The position numbers were made by a program, and so were the translations under genes. A model generated the notes under the pieces. It was not told the origin of the DNA. It ran no database searches and worked only from the letters and a program-made list of their open reading frames with translations. A stretch of 64,000 nt of DNA from an uncultured Acidobacteriota bacterium (lineage in GTDB: Bacteria > Acidobacteriota > Thermoanaerobaculia > Gp7-AA8), in assembly GCA_963741955.1 (NCBI GenBank), contig CAVUKB010000007.1, positions 576,001 to 640,000 of the forward strand, written 5' to 3'. Below are positions 1 through 8,357 of the stretch, piece by piece (position 1 is the first letter of the stretch; the number at the start of each line of letters is the position of its first letter).

Positions 1-16
1 TGCGAACACTACACGA

Positions 17-733
17 TCACCGCATCGAGTCGCGGTCGGCAATGCTCATCTTCGCGAATTCGCGAATCATGCGACGACCTTCGTCGTCGGATTCTTCGTA
101 GGAAAGTCGCAGCAGCCGCATCTGATCTTCGTCCTCGGTGGAAGAGAGGGTGAATCCATCCTCGGGCTGCTGATCCGAGGAGCTCGGCTCGCGAGTCCAG
201 CTGCCGTCCGCACTCAGGTGAAAAGCGACGAAGGTCGACGAGCGGCTCCGGCGCGCCTCTCCGAGATCGGAGAGGGTCGTGTTCTGATCGATCACGTTCT
301 GCTCGATCAATCCATCGACGTTCGCCTGCTGTGCCTTGCGGACCCGGTCGAGATAAAGATCGAGGAAGCGGTAGAGGGATTCGCTGCGGCTGGTGAACCG
401 GACCTGCGACTCGAAGAGGGTCTGTTTCGCGTCCATGCTCCAGAAGCCGTCGTCGGAGAACGTCACCTCGCAGTTCACTTCCACCGGAATGTCCTGCCAT
501 ACGAACGTGAGCCGGTCTTCGTGCCCTCCCTCGAGCTCGCCGGGGTGCTCGAGAAGTGCGCCGACGGTGCCGATGTCGATGATGGTGACTGCGCCTCCAC
601 TCATCCGGCCACTGATCGGCCGTGCGATCCGAAGCCATTCGGGATACGACGCTTCGTTGACGAAGTCGCTCATGTCGAGGAGATTTCCGTTCTGATCTTC
701 CGTCCGATCGAGGATTGTTGCCCTCATTTTCAA
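17..733 (-). CDS. Hypothetical protein, possible degenerate PilZ-like domain plus conserved C-terminal domain
   Basis: 238-aa ORF with normal composition; IIDIGTVGALLEH resembles the PilZ DxSxxG strand; no RxxxR motif seen; start may be 727. Confidence 0.6.
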   Translation of the reverse strand: MKMRATILDRTEDQNGNLLDMSDFVNEASYPEWLRIARPISGRMSGGAVTIIDIGTVGALLEHPGELEGGHEDRLTFVWQDIPVEVNCEVTFSDDGFWSMDAKQTLFESQVRFTSRSESLYRFLDLYLDRVRKAQQANVDGLIEQNVIDQNTTLSDLGEARRSRSSTFVAFHLSADGSWTREPSSSDQQPEDGFTLSSTEDEDQMRLLRLSYEESDDEGRRMIREFAKMSIADRDSMR

Positions 734-770
734 CGACGAGGCCGGTCGAGTGCAAATATCATTTCAACTC

Positions 771-1460
771 ATGGAGTACCCCGTCAGCGACCAGCGGCAT
801 TTTGCGGCAGCGATTTTCGACTTCGACGAGACGATCGTCGATCTCGAACGACAGCACACCAGAACCGCCGAGGAGCTCTGCCGGCTTCAGGGATCGGAGT
901 ACGCAAGCTTCCCCGAGTCGTTGCGGAACCGCTCCGGAATCCGGCTGAGCGACGAGGTGGGCGAGCTGCGGTCGTATTTCGGATGGACCCTGCCGCTCGA
1001 AGATCTGATGAGGGAGCGCAGCAGAATCTTTCTCGAGGAGGTGGAGCGCGGGAGCATCGCTCCGATGCCCGGCGCGGTGGAGGCGATCCGGCGGCTGCAC
1101 GCCGAGGGTCTGCGGTTGGCGATCGCCTCCTCGGGGATACGCGACTACATCGAGATCATCGTCGCGCGTCTCGGTGTCGAAGAGTGTTTCCGCGAGATCG
1201 TGACGGGAGATGAAGTGCGTCATCCGAAGCCCGACCCGGAGGCGTACCTGCTGGCGGCGGAACGGCTGGGGATTGCTCCGGCGCGGTGCATCGCGTTCGA
1301 TGATTCATCGGTCGGCGTGCGAGCTGCCTCTGCGGCGGGGATGTTCTGCGTCGGGATGAGGAATCCCCGCGCACGGATTCAGCAGGATCTTTCCGCCGCC
1401 GATCTCGTGGTTCACGGCTTCGGAGAGCTCGACCTCGACGCGCTCATTTCGCGTCGCTGA
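771..1460 (+). CDS. HAD-family phosphatase (beta-phosphoglucomutase-like)
   Basis: Motifs FDFDETIVD, IASS, KPDPEAY, AFDDS; ATG at 771. Confidence 0.9.
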   Translation: MEYPVSDQRHFAAAIFDFDETIVDLERQHTRTAEELCRLQGSEYASFPESLRNRSGIRLSDEVGELRSYFGWTLPLEDLMRERSRIFLEEVERGSIAPMPGAVEAIRRLHAEGLRLAIASSGIRDYIEIIVARLGVEECFREIVTGDEVRHPKPDPEAYLLAAERLGIAPARCIAFDDSSVGVRAASAAGMFCVGMRNPRARIQQDLSAADLVVHGFGELDLDALISRR

Positions 1461-1896
1461 TCACTGCGGGCTCGTCGAATGCGCCGAAGCTGGAGGCGAG
1501 GAGAAGCGTGGTGAAGAGAACCACGCCGAGGACCACGTTCATCAGTGCGACGAGCGGGATCGTGGTGATCAGCGCGATCCCCGCGATCTGAACGAGCGCG
1601 AACCAGAATCCGAGCTTCGCGGCGGTCTCGTTCCGTGCGCCGATGGCTCTTCCGAGTGCGATCGCCAGCGCGGTCATGGTGACGTACCAGACGATGATCG
1701 CGGCCGGAGCGGCCTGAGGATGTTCGCGAAGAACCTGCACGAACCAACCACCGGCTTCGGGAGGAACAGCCGGCCCCGTCAGCAGCTTCAGGCCGATCAA
1801 CGCGCCGAAGGCCTTCAGGAGGGCCAGGAGGTAGAGGACCCGCGAGGCGGTCCGAAGGTGCTGAAGCGCCCTTTCGTGCATCTGTTCGTCGGTCAT
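1444..1896 (-). CDS. Hypothetical membrane protein (about 4 TM helices)
   Basis: Hydrophobic segments in ORF 1444..1974; start set at MTDEQ. Confidence 0.65.
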   Translation of the reverse strand: MTDEQMHERALQHLRTASRVLYLLALLKAFGALIGLKLLTGPAVPPEAGGWFVQVLREHPQAAPAAIIVWYVTMTALAIALGRAIGARNETAAKLGFWFALVQIAGIALITTIPLVALMNVVLGVVLFTTLLLASSFGAFDEPAVISDAK

Positions 1897-2126
1897 GACG
1901 GAATCGTGTAACGAGGAACCGGGGCCCGGCTCTTCCCGTTGTACAGAACGGCCGTCGAGAGTAGAATTTCTCAACTCCGGAAAAACCCAATTTGGTCAAG
2001 CCGCCGCAGGATTGTGGTCTGGCGGCGCATTTGGATCGCGCGGAGACGCGTGAAAGGAGAGAGAGAACCAGGTTTCTGGCACTTCTGCAGTCCGAACCCC
2101 AGATTCCCACGAACACCCTCAGCCCC

Positions 2127-2480
2127 ATGGTTACGGTGATCTTGTTCGCGGTGAGCCTCGTCTTCTATCTGTTCTTCTGCTATTGCTACAAACGGATCTG
2201 CGAAAAGGCGGGCGTGGAGCCGGGCTGGATGATCTGGGTCCCGATTCTCCAGCTCATCCCAATGTTCCAGGCCGCGAAGCTGCATCCGGCGCTGATCCTT
2301 CTGTTCCTGATTCCTTTCGTCAACCTCATCATGGCGTTCGTTCTGGTGGCGAATCTCTCGAAGGCACTCGGCAGGAGTCCGATGCTCTGCCTCTGGATGC
2401 TGGTTCCGTTCGTCGGCGTCCTCGTGATTCCGTATCTCGCGTTCGCAGATTCGCAGGGCGCGGCGTACGCCGCGGCATAA
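2127..2480 (+). CDS. DUF5684-like small membrane protein
   Basis: KRICEKAGVEPGWMIWVPILQ and LSKALGRS...PYLAF pattern typical of this family. Confidence 0.75.
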   Translation: MVTVILFAVSLVFYLFFCYCYKRICEKAGVEPGWMIWVPILQLIPMFQAAKLHPALILLFLIPFVNLIMAFVLVANLSKALGRSPMLCLWMLVPFVGVLVIPYLAFADSQGAAYAAA

Positions 2481-2626
2481 GAACCGAGACCGAACACGTA
2501 TCCGCGCGTGTCGCTCCCCGGCGTCAGGCCGGGGAGCGATGCGCGGGATGCACAGCACGCAGAGGGAGCGGCGAGCGGACTCGCACGGCCTTAAGCTCAC
2601 GCTCCGCGGCTCCAGCTCACGAGAGC

Positions 2627-3265
2627 CTACTTCTTCTTCGGTCCGTAGACGCCGACCAGCTCCGCTTCCGCGAGGACGTGTCCCTTCATCGCGTCGAGAA
2701 CCTCGGGCCGGCCGGTCTTGAACGGCGGGAGGTCGAGTGACTCGTCGAGTGCGTAGAGGCGGAAGAAGTAGCGGTGCTGCCGGTCGGGAGGACACGGTCC
2801 TCCGTACTGATTCTTTCCCCAACTGTTCTTTCCGGTGACGCCTTCGGGTGCTTCTCCTTCTCTGATCTCACGAAGGTCGGCCGGAATGTCGTAGACCACC
2901 CAGTGATCCCAGTTGCGGGTGGGATTGACTCCGGGAGGAACATCGGGATCGTTCATGACGAGCGCGAGTGACTTCGCGTCGGGAGGAACGTTCTCGAACT
3001 CCAGGGGAGGAATGGTGTCGTTCCCGTCGCAGGTGTACTTCACGGGGATCGGGCCGTGGTCCTGAAATGCCGGACTGGTGATGTTCATCTTCCCCTCCTC
3101 CGTCGCCGACCCGTCGGGTGAGGATGCCGAGTCGGTGGCGGCCTGGCTCTGCGCGTCCGTCCGCGCAACGGTGAGCTCTCTGCCGCATCCGATCAGCAGC
3201 GAGACCGCAGCGATCAGCGGAAGCCAGAGACGTGTCCTGTCCATCATCAAACTCACCTCATTCAT
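2627..3265 (-). CDS. YbhB/YbcL family (PEBP/Raf kinase inhibitor-like) lipoprotein
   Basis: ITSPAF, KYTCDG, DPDVP, WDHWVVYDIP, YGGPCPP, HRYFFRLYALD; lipobox LIGC. Confidence 0.92.
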   Translation of the reverse strand: MNEVSLMMDRTRLWLPLIAAVSLLIGCGRELTVARTDAQSQAATDSASSPDGSATEEGKMNITSPAFQDHGPIPVKYTCDGNDTIPPLEFENVPPDAKSLALVMNDPDVPPGVNPTRNWDHWVVYDIPADLREIREGEAPEGVTGKNSWGKNQYGGPCPPDRQHRYFFRLYALDESLDLPPFKTGRPEVLDAMKGHVLAEAELVGVYGPKKK

Positions 3266-3266
3266 C

Positions 3267-4127
3267 TCACTTCACTTCCCTAGGAGTCTGCGCGATAGAA
3301 ACGTCCGTAGCGAGAAAGCGGAGCAACGAGGCCAAATTCGTTCGGATTTGAGGTGCGTAGCGGTGGCTACTCGCCGAAAATCCGGGCGGATTTGGACCGT
3401 TGATCCGCTTTCGCAGTAGGACAGTTTCTACCGCGCAGACTCCTAGCGTCCGGATCCAGGCGATGACGTCGCGGATCTCTTCAGCCGAGAGATTCGTGCT
3501 CTTGTGCGCAGCGGCGGATCTCGGGTTCCTTCCGTTGGCGATGATCTCCGCGAGACGCGCGTCGCTCAGCGACTGGACCTCGCTCGATCCGAGCGGTGGG
3601 ATCCCGAGATTCTTCGCCATGGCGGTATCGCCTCCGCCGGTCTCGCCGTGACACGCAGTGCATTTCTTCCCCCGGAACACTGCCGCGCCAGCCTGAGCGT
3701 TGCCGGACGGTGTGCTGACCTCCTGAGGAGAGGGAACCGGCTTGCCGGATGGAGGCACCTCCGGCATGTCGGGCCGGGTCGACTCTCCCGCAGGGACGGG
3801 CCGGTTCGCCGGCGTCACTCGCGGTCCAGGCTCGGGAACGGCGGTATCGGGAATCGGCACGCGCGGCCGCGGCTCGGGAATGGTCCGGAGCGGCGACCCG
3901 ACAGGGGCGGGAGGCGGACCGGGCGCGGCGGCCTCCGGAGAGGCCTCGGTCGTGGTGACCGCGGATGTCGTCGATTCCGGTGGCGGGTTGATCAGCGGCT
4001 CGGCGGATACGGTGGTTGCGGTCGGCGCGATCGTCTCGCTCTTCCCGGCGTCAGCGACGGCGGGCGGCTCCTGCCGGCATGCGAAAACCGAGAATGCTGC
4101 CAGCGCGATGATCAGGACGTGTTTCAT
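3267..4127 (-). CDS. Lipoprotein with Pro-rich linker and class I c-type cytochrome domain; C-terminus extended by an inserted element
   Basis: Signal MKHVLIIALAAFSVFAC, heme motif CTACH, C-terminal helix EEIRDVIAWIRTL. Confidence 0.8.
   Translation of the reverse strand: MKHVLIIALAAFSVFACRQEPPAVADAGKSETIAPTATTVSAEPLINPPPESTTSAVTTTEASPEAAAPGPPPAPVGSPLRTIPEPRPRVPIPDTAVPEPGPRVTPANRPVPAGESTRPDMPEVPPSGKPVPSPQEVSTPSGNAQAGAAVFRGKKCTACHGETGGGDTAMAKNLGIPPLGSSEVQSLSDARLAEIIANGRNPRSAAAHKSTNLSAEEIRDVIAWIRTLGVCAVETVLLRKRINGPNPPGFSASSHRYAPQIRTNLASLLRFLATDVSIAQTPREVK
3280..3446. mobile_element. 159-bp palindromic MITE-like element (3284..3442) flanked by CTAG on both sides
   Basis: CTAG-GAGTCTGCGCGATAGAAAC at left and GTTTCTACCGCGCAGACTC-CTAG at right; arms pair imperfectly almost to the centre. 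Confidence 0.8.
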
Positions 4128-4267
4128 CGTTCCTCCACGTCGAGATGGTGCGAGCAACTTGCCCGCCATGAAGCGAGGCTCGCCTTGCATCCAAGCCACT
4201 CTCCGCCTCCTCGCGACCAGACGTTGTGAGAAATGCCGGCTAACGACGTCCCTTCCGAAATTGTCCG

Positions 4268-4358
4268 CGCGGGCTTCGCTTCTCGCACAGGCATGGTCTC
4301 GATGCGCTCCGAACGCGATCATCGAGGCGGATCAGAGGATCCGCGCCCCTCGGCGCTC
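4268..4358 (-). repeat. Orphan partial copy of the 243-bp array unit
   Basis: Reverse complement reads CCGAGGGGCGCGGATCCTCTGATCCGCC...ATCGAGAC...GCGAAGCCCGC, matching 35082..35167. Confidence 0.8.
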
Positions 4359-4416
4359 GCGTCGCGTCCCCTCTCTCGTCTCTCTGCTATCATCCGCCTT
4401 TTTGGAGGCGCAGGAA

Positions 4417-5190
4417 ATGAATCTGCTCGAAGGGCGGACGGGGATCATTTTCGGAGTGGCGAACAAGCGGTCGATCGCCTGGGGAATTGCCCAGGCGTTG
4501 TCGGCGGCGGGGATGCGCCTCGCGTTCACGTATCAAGGTGAGCGGCTGAAGGAGAGCGTCGAGAGCCTCACCAGCACACTTCCGGATTCCCTCCTCCTTC
4601 CGTGCGACGTGACGAAGGACGGGGACATCGAGAAGGTATTCTCCGATGTCGGCGCGAAGCTCGGGAAACTCGACTGCCTGGTGCACTCCGTTGCGTTCGC
4701 ACCTCGTGAAGATCTCGAAGGAGCGTTCACCCAGACGTCGCGCGAAGGCTTCAAGACCGCTCACGACATCTCCGCATATTCACTCCTCGGGCTCACACGT
4801 GCTGCGCTGCCGCTGATGGAAAAGGCCGGTGGCGGATCGGTGATGGCGATGTCGTATTACGGTGCGGAGAAAGTGGCGGTGGGGTACAACCTGATGGGTG
4901 TCGCGAAGGCTTCACTGGAGGCCACGGTGCGCTATCTCGCGGCAGACCTCGGCTCCAGAAAAATCAGGGTGAATGCAATCTCCGCCGGGCCGGTGAACAC
5001 ACTGGCCGCGCGCGGCGTGCCGGGATTCACGACCATGCTCAAGGAGCACGCGGATCGCGCTCCTCTCCGCCGGAACGTCGAGCTGCGGGAGATCGGAGAC
5101 ACGGCGGTTTTTCTCGCGTCGGAGATGTCGTCCGCGATCACCGGAGAAGTGATCTACGTCGATTGCGGCTACAACATCATGGCGGTTTGA
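4417..5190 (+). CDS. fabI: Enoyl-ACP reductase
   Basis: GVANKRSIAWGIA, YNLMGVAKASLE, RVNAISAGPVNT, GEVIYVDCG. Confidence 0.95.
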   Translation: MNLLEGRTGIIFGVANKRSIAWGIAQALSAAGMRLAFTYQGERLKESVESLTSTLPDSLLLPCDVTKDGDIEKVFSDVGAKLGKLDCLVHSVAFAPREDLEGAFTQTSREGFKTAHDISAYSLLGLTRAALPLMEKAGGGSVMAMSYYGAEKVAVGYNLMGVAKASLEATVRYLAADLGSRKIRVNAISAGPVNTLAARGVPGFTTMLKEHADRAPLRRNVELREIGDTAVFLASEMSSAITGEVIYVDCGYNIMAV

Positions 5191-5220
5191 GCGCGGGGTG
5201 GTTCCTCCGTGAACACTCCG

Positions 5221-7461
5221 TCACGGAGTCTTCGCGGGCTCGGTCTTCTCCTTCGGCGCTTTCGTGCCGAGGGTCTCGTCGATGAAGGAGAGCATCATCG
5301 AACGGAGGTGGAGGACCTGGAGCGGGTTGACGACGCCGTGCCGCGATTTCGGATAGAGCATCATCCGGAAAGGCTTGTTCGCCTTCTGAAGCTCGTACGC
5401 GAACTGCAGCGTGTTCTGGACGTGGACGTTGTCGTCGATCGCGCCGTGGATGAGAAGGAGCTTTCCGCTCAGATTCGTGGCGGCCCATCGCGGTGCGTTG
5501 TCGTGGTAGGCATCGGGGTTGTCCTGCGGGAGTCCCATGTAACGCTCGGTGTAGATCGAGTCGTAGTCATGCCAGTCGGTCACCGAGCCGCCGGCGATTC
5601 CGGCCGACCAGCTCTTGCTGTGGGTCATCGCGTACGTGGTCATGAAGCCCCCGTAGCTCCATCCGTAGAGGAGCATGCGTGACGAGTCGACCCACGGCTG
5701 CTGTTTGAGGTACGCGATGCCGTCCTCGAGGTCCTGCAACTCGAGCTTCCCGAAATACTTGTAGAGGGGCCAGGTGGAGACGGCCCCCTTGCCGCTGGCG
5801 GTGCGATTGTCGAGGACCCACACCGCGATGCCGCGCTCTGCGAGAAGCTGCCACCAGAGGTACTCGCGACCGAAGCGGTTCACGACCTGCTGCGCATGAG
5901 GTCCGGAGTACGTGTATTCGTACACCGGGTACTTCCTGGAAGGGTCGAAGCCGGCGGGCTTGATCAGCATCGCCTCCATCACGAATCCGTCACGGGTCTT
6001 CACCTGGAGAAATTCGGGTTTCGAGAGGACGTACCCGGCGAGCTCCGGAACCGGGTTGTCGTCGAGCACGCGGACGTGGGAGCCGTCGCTGCGGAAGACG
6101 TCGACCTGCGGAGGCGTCGACGCGTCACTCCAGCGATCGACGAAGTAAGTCATGGAAGGACTGAAGGTCGCGTCGTGGGAACCCGGGTTGTCGGTGAGGC
6201 GGGTGAGATTCGTCCCATCCACTCCGACCGAGTAAACGTCGTTGCCGATCACGCTCCTCTCGGTTCCCGCGAAGTAGATGACGCCGTTCTTCTGGTCGAC
6301 TCCGAAGTAGTCGCGCACTTCCCACGGGCCGCTGGTGACCTGCTGGAGGAGCTTGCCGGTCGCATCGCGATGCTCGATGTGCTTGTAGCCGGAGGTCTCG
6401 GTGAGCCAGAGAAACGAACCGTCGGCGAGCCAGTGGGGCGGTCCGCCCGGCTCGACCCAGGCCGGCGTCGTCTCACGGAAGAGAGTCTTGGAGCGGTCCG
6501 CTCCCGTTTCGATCAGGTTCAGGTCGAGCCAGGTCTGGATCCGGTTCTGGGCCTGATAGACGATCGCGCTCGAATCGGGTTTCCAGTCGACGTTCACGAT
6601 CAGCAGGTCCGCCGGAGTGTACTTTCCCGTGTCGATCGCATGCGGAGTCCCCCCATTCGCATCGACCACGAAGAGGCGTGGGAGAGGGTTCGGGTCGCCG
6701 GCTTGCGGATACTTCTGCAGGTCGACGTCCTGGTCGGTGGGGATGTTGTCGACCACCGCGAACTCGGGTACCGGCGACTCGTCGAGCTGGAGAAACGCGA
6801 TGCGATTCGAATCGGGGCTCCACCAGTACGCCTTGAAGTGTCCGCGTCCGTAGATCTCTTCGGAGTACACCCAGTCGAGCGTGCCGTTGAGAAGGAGTGG
6901 CCCTCCGCTGGTGGTGAGCTGGCGCTCCTTCGACGTCTTCACGTCGAGCGTGAAGAGGTCGTTCGAACGGACGAACGCGATCTTCGATCCGTCGGGACTG
7001 AACGTGACGTTCATCTCTTTCGCCGGGTTCGAGGTGAGCCGGGTGACGGTGCTGTCGAGGAGGGTGACGAGATAGAGATCATCGTTGATCTCGAGGAGTA
7101 CGTGTTTGTACGACGGGTCGAATGTGTACGACCTTTGATGGACGAGCTTTTTCGCGGCTTCCTCGCTCACCCCGGCCACTTTGCGGATGGACGCCGCGAG
7201 CTCGTCCGGGTCGAACAGAGAGATGCGCCGGCCGGTGGGAACGTCGACCACGAGGTACTCGGTGACATCACCCCTGGCGTCGGTCTTCGGCCAGAGAAGC
7301 GTCTTGTCGTCGATCCAGGAGAACCCCGCCTGCGCGGCGCCGCCGGTCCGGATCCGTTGTGCCGGATCGTAGACGTCGTTGATCGTCAGGAGTTTTTCCC
7401 CCGCGAACAGCGGAAATGCCGCCAGCAGTCCGAGCAGAACGAGAGTCCCTCTTCGAAGCAT
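5221..7461 (-). CDS. S9B dipeptidyl peptidase IV family serine peptidase
   Basis: Signal peptide, beta-propeller with DWVYSEEI, catalytic GWSYGG, DDNVH, H in SRHGV. Confidence 0.93.
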   Translation of the reverse strand: MLRRGTLVLLGLLAAFPLFAGEKLLTINDVYDPAQRIRTGGAAQAGFSWIDDKTLLWPKTDARGDVTEYLVVDVPTGRRISLFDPDELAASIRKVAGVSEEAAKKLVHQRSYTFDPSYKHVLLEINDDLYLVTLLDSTVTRLTSNPAKEMNVTFSPDGSKIAFVRSNDLFTLDVKTSKERQLTTSGGPLLLNGTLDWVYSEEIYGRGHFKAYWWSPDSNRIAFLQLDESPVPEFAVVDNIPTDQDVDLQKYPQAGDPNPLPRLFVVDANGGTPHAIDTGKYTPADLLIVNVDWKPDSSAIVYQAQNRIQTWLDLNLIETGADRSKTLFRETTPAWVEPGGPPHWLADGSFLWLTETSGYKHIEHRDATGKLLQQVTSGPWEVRDYFGVDQKNGVIYFAGTERSVIGNDVYSVGVDGTNLTRLTDNPGSHDATFSPSMTYFVDRWSDASTPPQVDVFRSDGSHVRVLDDNPVPELAGYVLSKPEFLQVKTRDGFVMEAMLIKPAGFDPSRKYPVYEYTYSGPHAQQVVNRFGREYLWWQLLAERGIAVWVLDNRTASGKGAVSTWPLYKYFGKLELQDLEDGIAYLKQQPWVDSSRMLLYGWSYGGFMTTYAMTHSKSWSAGIAGGSVTDWHDYDSIYTERYMGLPQDNPDAYHDNAPRWAATNLSGKLLLIHGAIDDNVHVQNTLQFAYELQKANKPFRMMLYPKSRHGVVNPLQVLHLRSMMLSFIDETLGTKAPKEKTEPAKTP

Positions 7462-7527
7462 CACGATCCTCCGGCAATGGTGCACGCCCGCATGGCGGGC
7501 GACGGGATAAGGATGGGCGCGGAGAGC

Positions 7528-7773
7528 TCAGGGGCGGACCGGCGGATGTTTCGTGCCGCCCGGCTCAGTGCTTCCCTCGTCAGTCTCTCCGGTCTCGTCC
7601 GTTTTTCGACGTGGCGGCTGGTCGAGATCGATTCGGATTCCGGTCATCTTCGGCTTGCGGGTTCCGGGGAAACCGCTGGACCGGCCACCCGACTGGTTGC
7701 CCACTCCATGGCCGCGAAGACCGCCGTCCCAGAATCCTTTGTCCCTGGTGTGCTCACGTGGATTGCCTGGCAT
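7528..7773 (-). CDS. Small hypothetical protein (81 aa)
   Basis: Strong SD (GGGAGG, 5 nt before ATG); fills an otherwise empty intergenic region. Confidence 0.45.
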   Translation of the reverse strand: MPGNPREHTRDKGFWDGGLRGHGVGNQSGGRSSGFPGTRKPKMTGIRIDLDQPPRRKTDETGETDEGSTEPGGTKHPPVRP

Positions 7774-7943
7774 TGAAACCTCCCTCGAGATCGGTCGTCG
7801 CGGATTCTATCCCGGTTGTGCCGCCGTGCGAGAAATCGAGCGCAGGAGGGCGTTCGCGGCCGGCGACGGAGTGGGGAAATTCCCGGAGCGACTGGCACCC
7901 TCTTCGCAACTCTAAATAACCATCAAAGGACGGGAGGGAAGCC

Positions 7944-8282
7944 ATGGTAGACATGCATGAAGTGACGAGTCAGTTTCATCCGTACCAGCCGCCCGCGGCG
8001 CAGCCGCACGTGGAGGAATCGGTGGAGAGCAGGCTCGGCGGATTTCTGAGAAGGAACGGTGTGAGCGAATCTTCGGTTCGCACGATCGAGAGCGCGGTGC
8101 GCAGGATCGACCTGCAGGGGAGGATGTCGCGGCTGCGGTTCCGGTCGAGGATCCGGCAGGCACAGCGATTCGCGAGACGCCACCCGGCACAGGTCGCCGG
8201 AGGTCTGGCCGCAGTGGCGATCGGTGCAGGGCTTCTCGGCCGAAGCATGCACCACCGGAACCGATTCCACGCGGTAGGGTAG
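7944..8282 (+). CDS. Hypothetical protein with C-terminal membrane anchor
   Basis: SD GGGAGGG upstream; C-terminal RRHPAQVAGGLAAVAIGAGLL resembles a DUF883/ElaB-like tail anchor; followed by terminator. Confidence 0.6.
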   Translation: MVDMHEVTSQFHPYQPPAAQPHVEESVESRLGGFLRRNGVSESSVRTIESAVRRIDLQGRMSRLRFRSRIRQAQRFARRHPAQVAGGLAAVAIGAGLLGRSMHHRNRFHAVG

Positions 8283-8316
8283 GAAGAGGACAGAACTTCC
8301 CCAGCAAAACCGAGGG

Positions 8317-8349
8317 GCGCCACGACTCGAGTCGTGGCGCTTTCTTTTT
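8317..8349 (+). terminator. Rho-independent terminator
   Basis: GCGCCACGAC-TCGA-GTCGTGGCGC followed by TTTCTTTTT, between convergent genes. Confidence 0.75.
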
Positions 8350-8357
8350 CGCCTGAA

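Noticed and set aside
3742-4416. N-terminal extension of fabI in the 482-aa ORF
   Set aside because: Antisense to the cytochrome c gene; true start is ATG 4417 with SD GGAGG
5896-7776. Long antisense ORFs (626 aa here; similar ones opposite lepA, pccB, the kinases and the TonB receptor)
   Set aside because: Shadow ORFs from high-GC codon bias opposite well-supported genes
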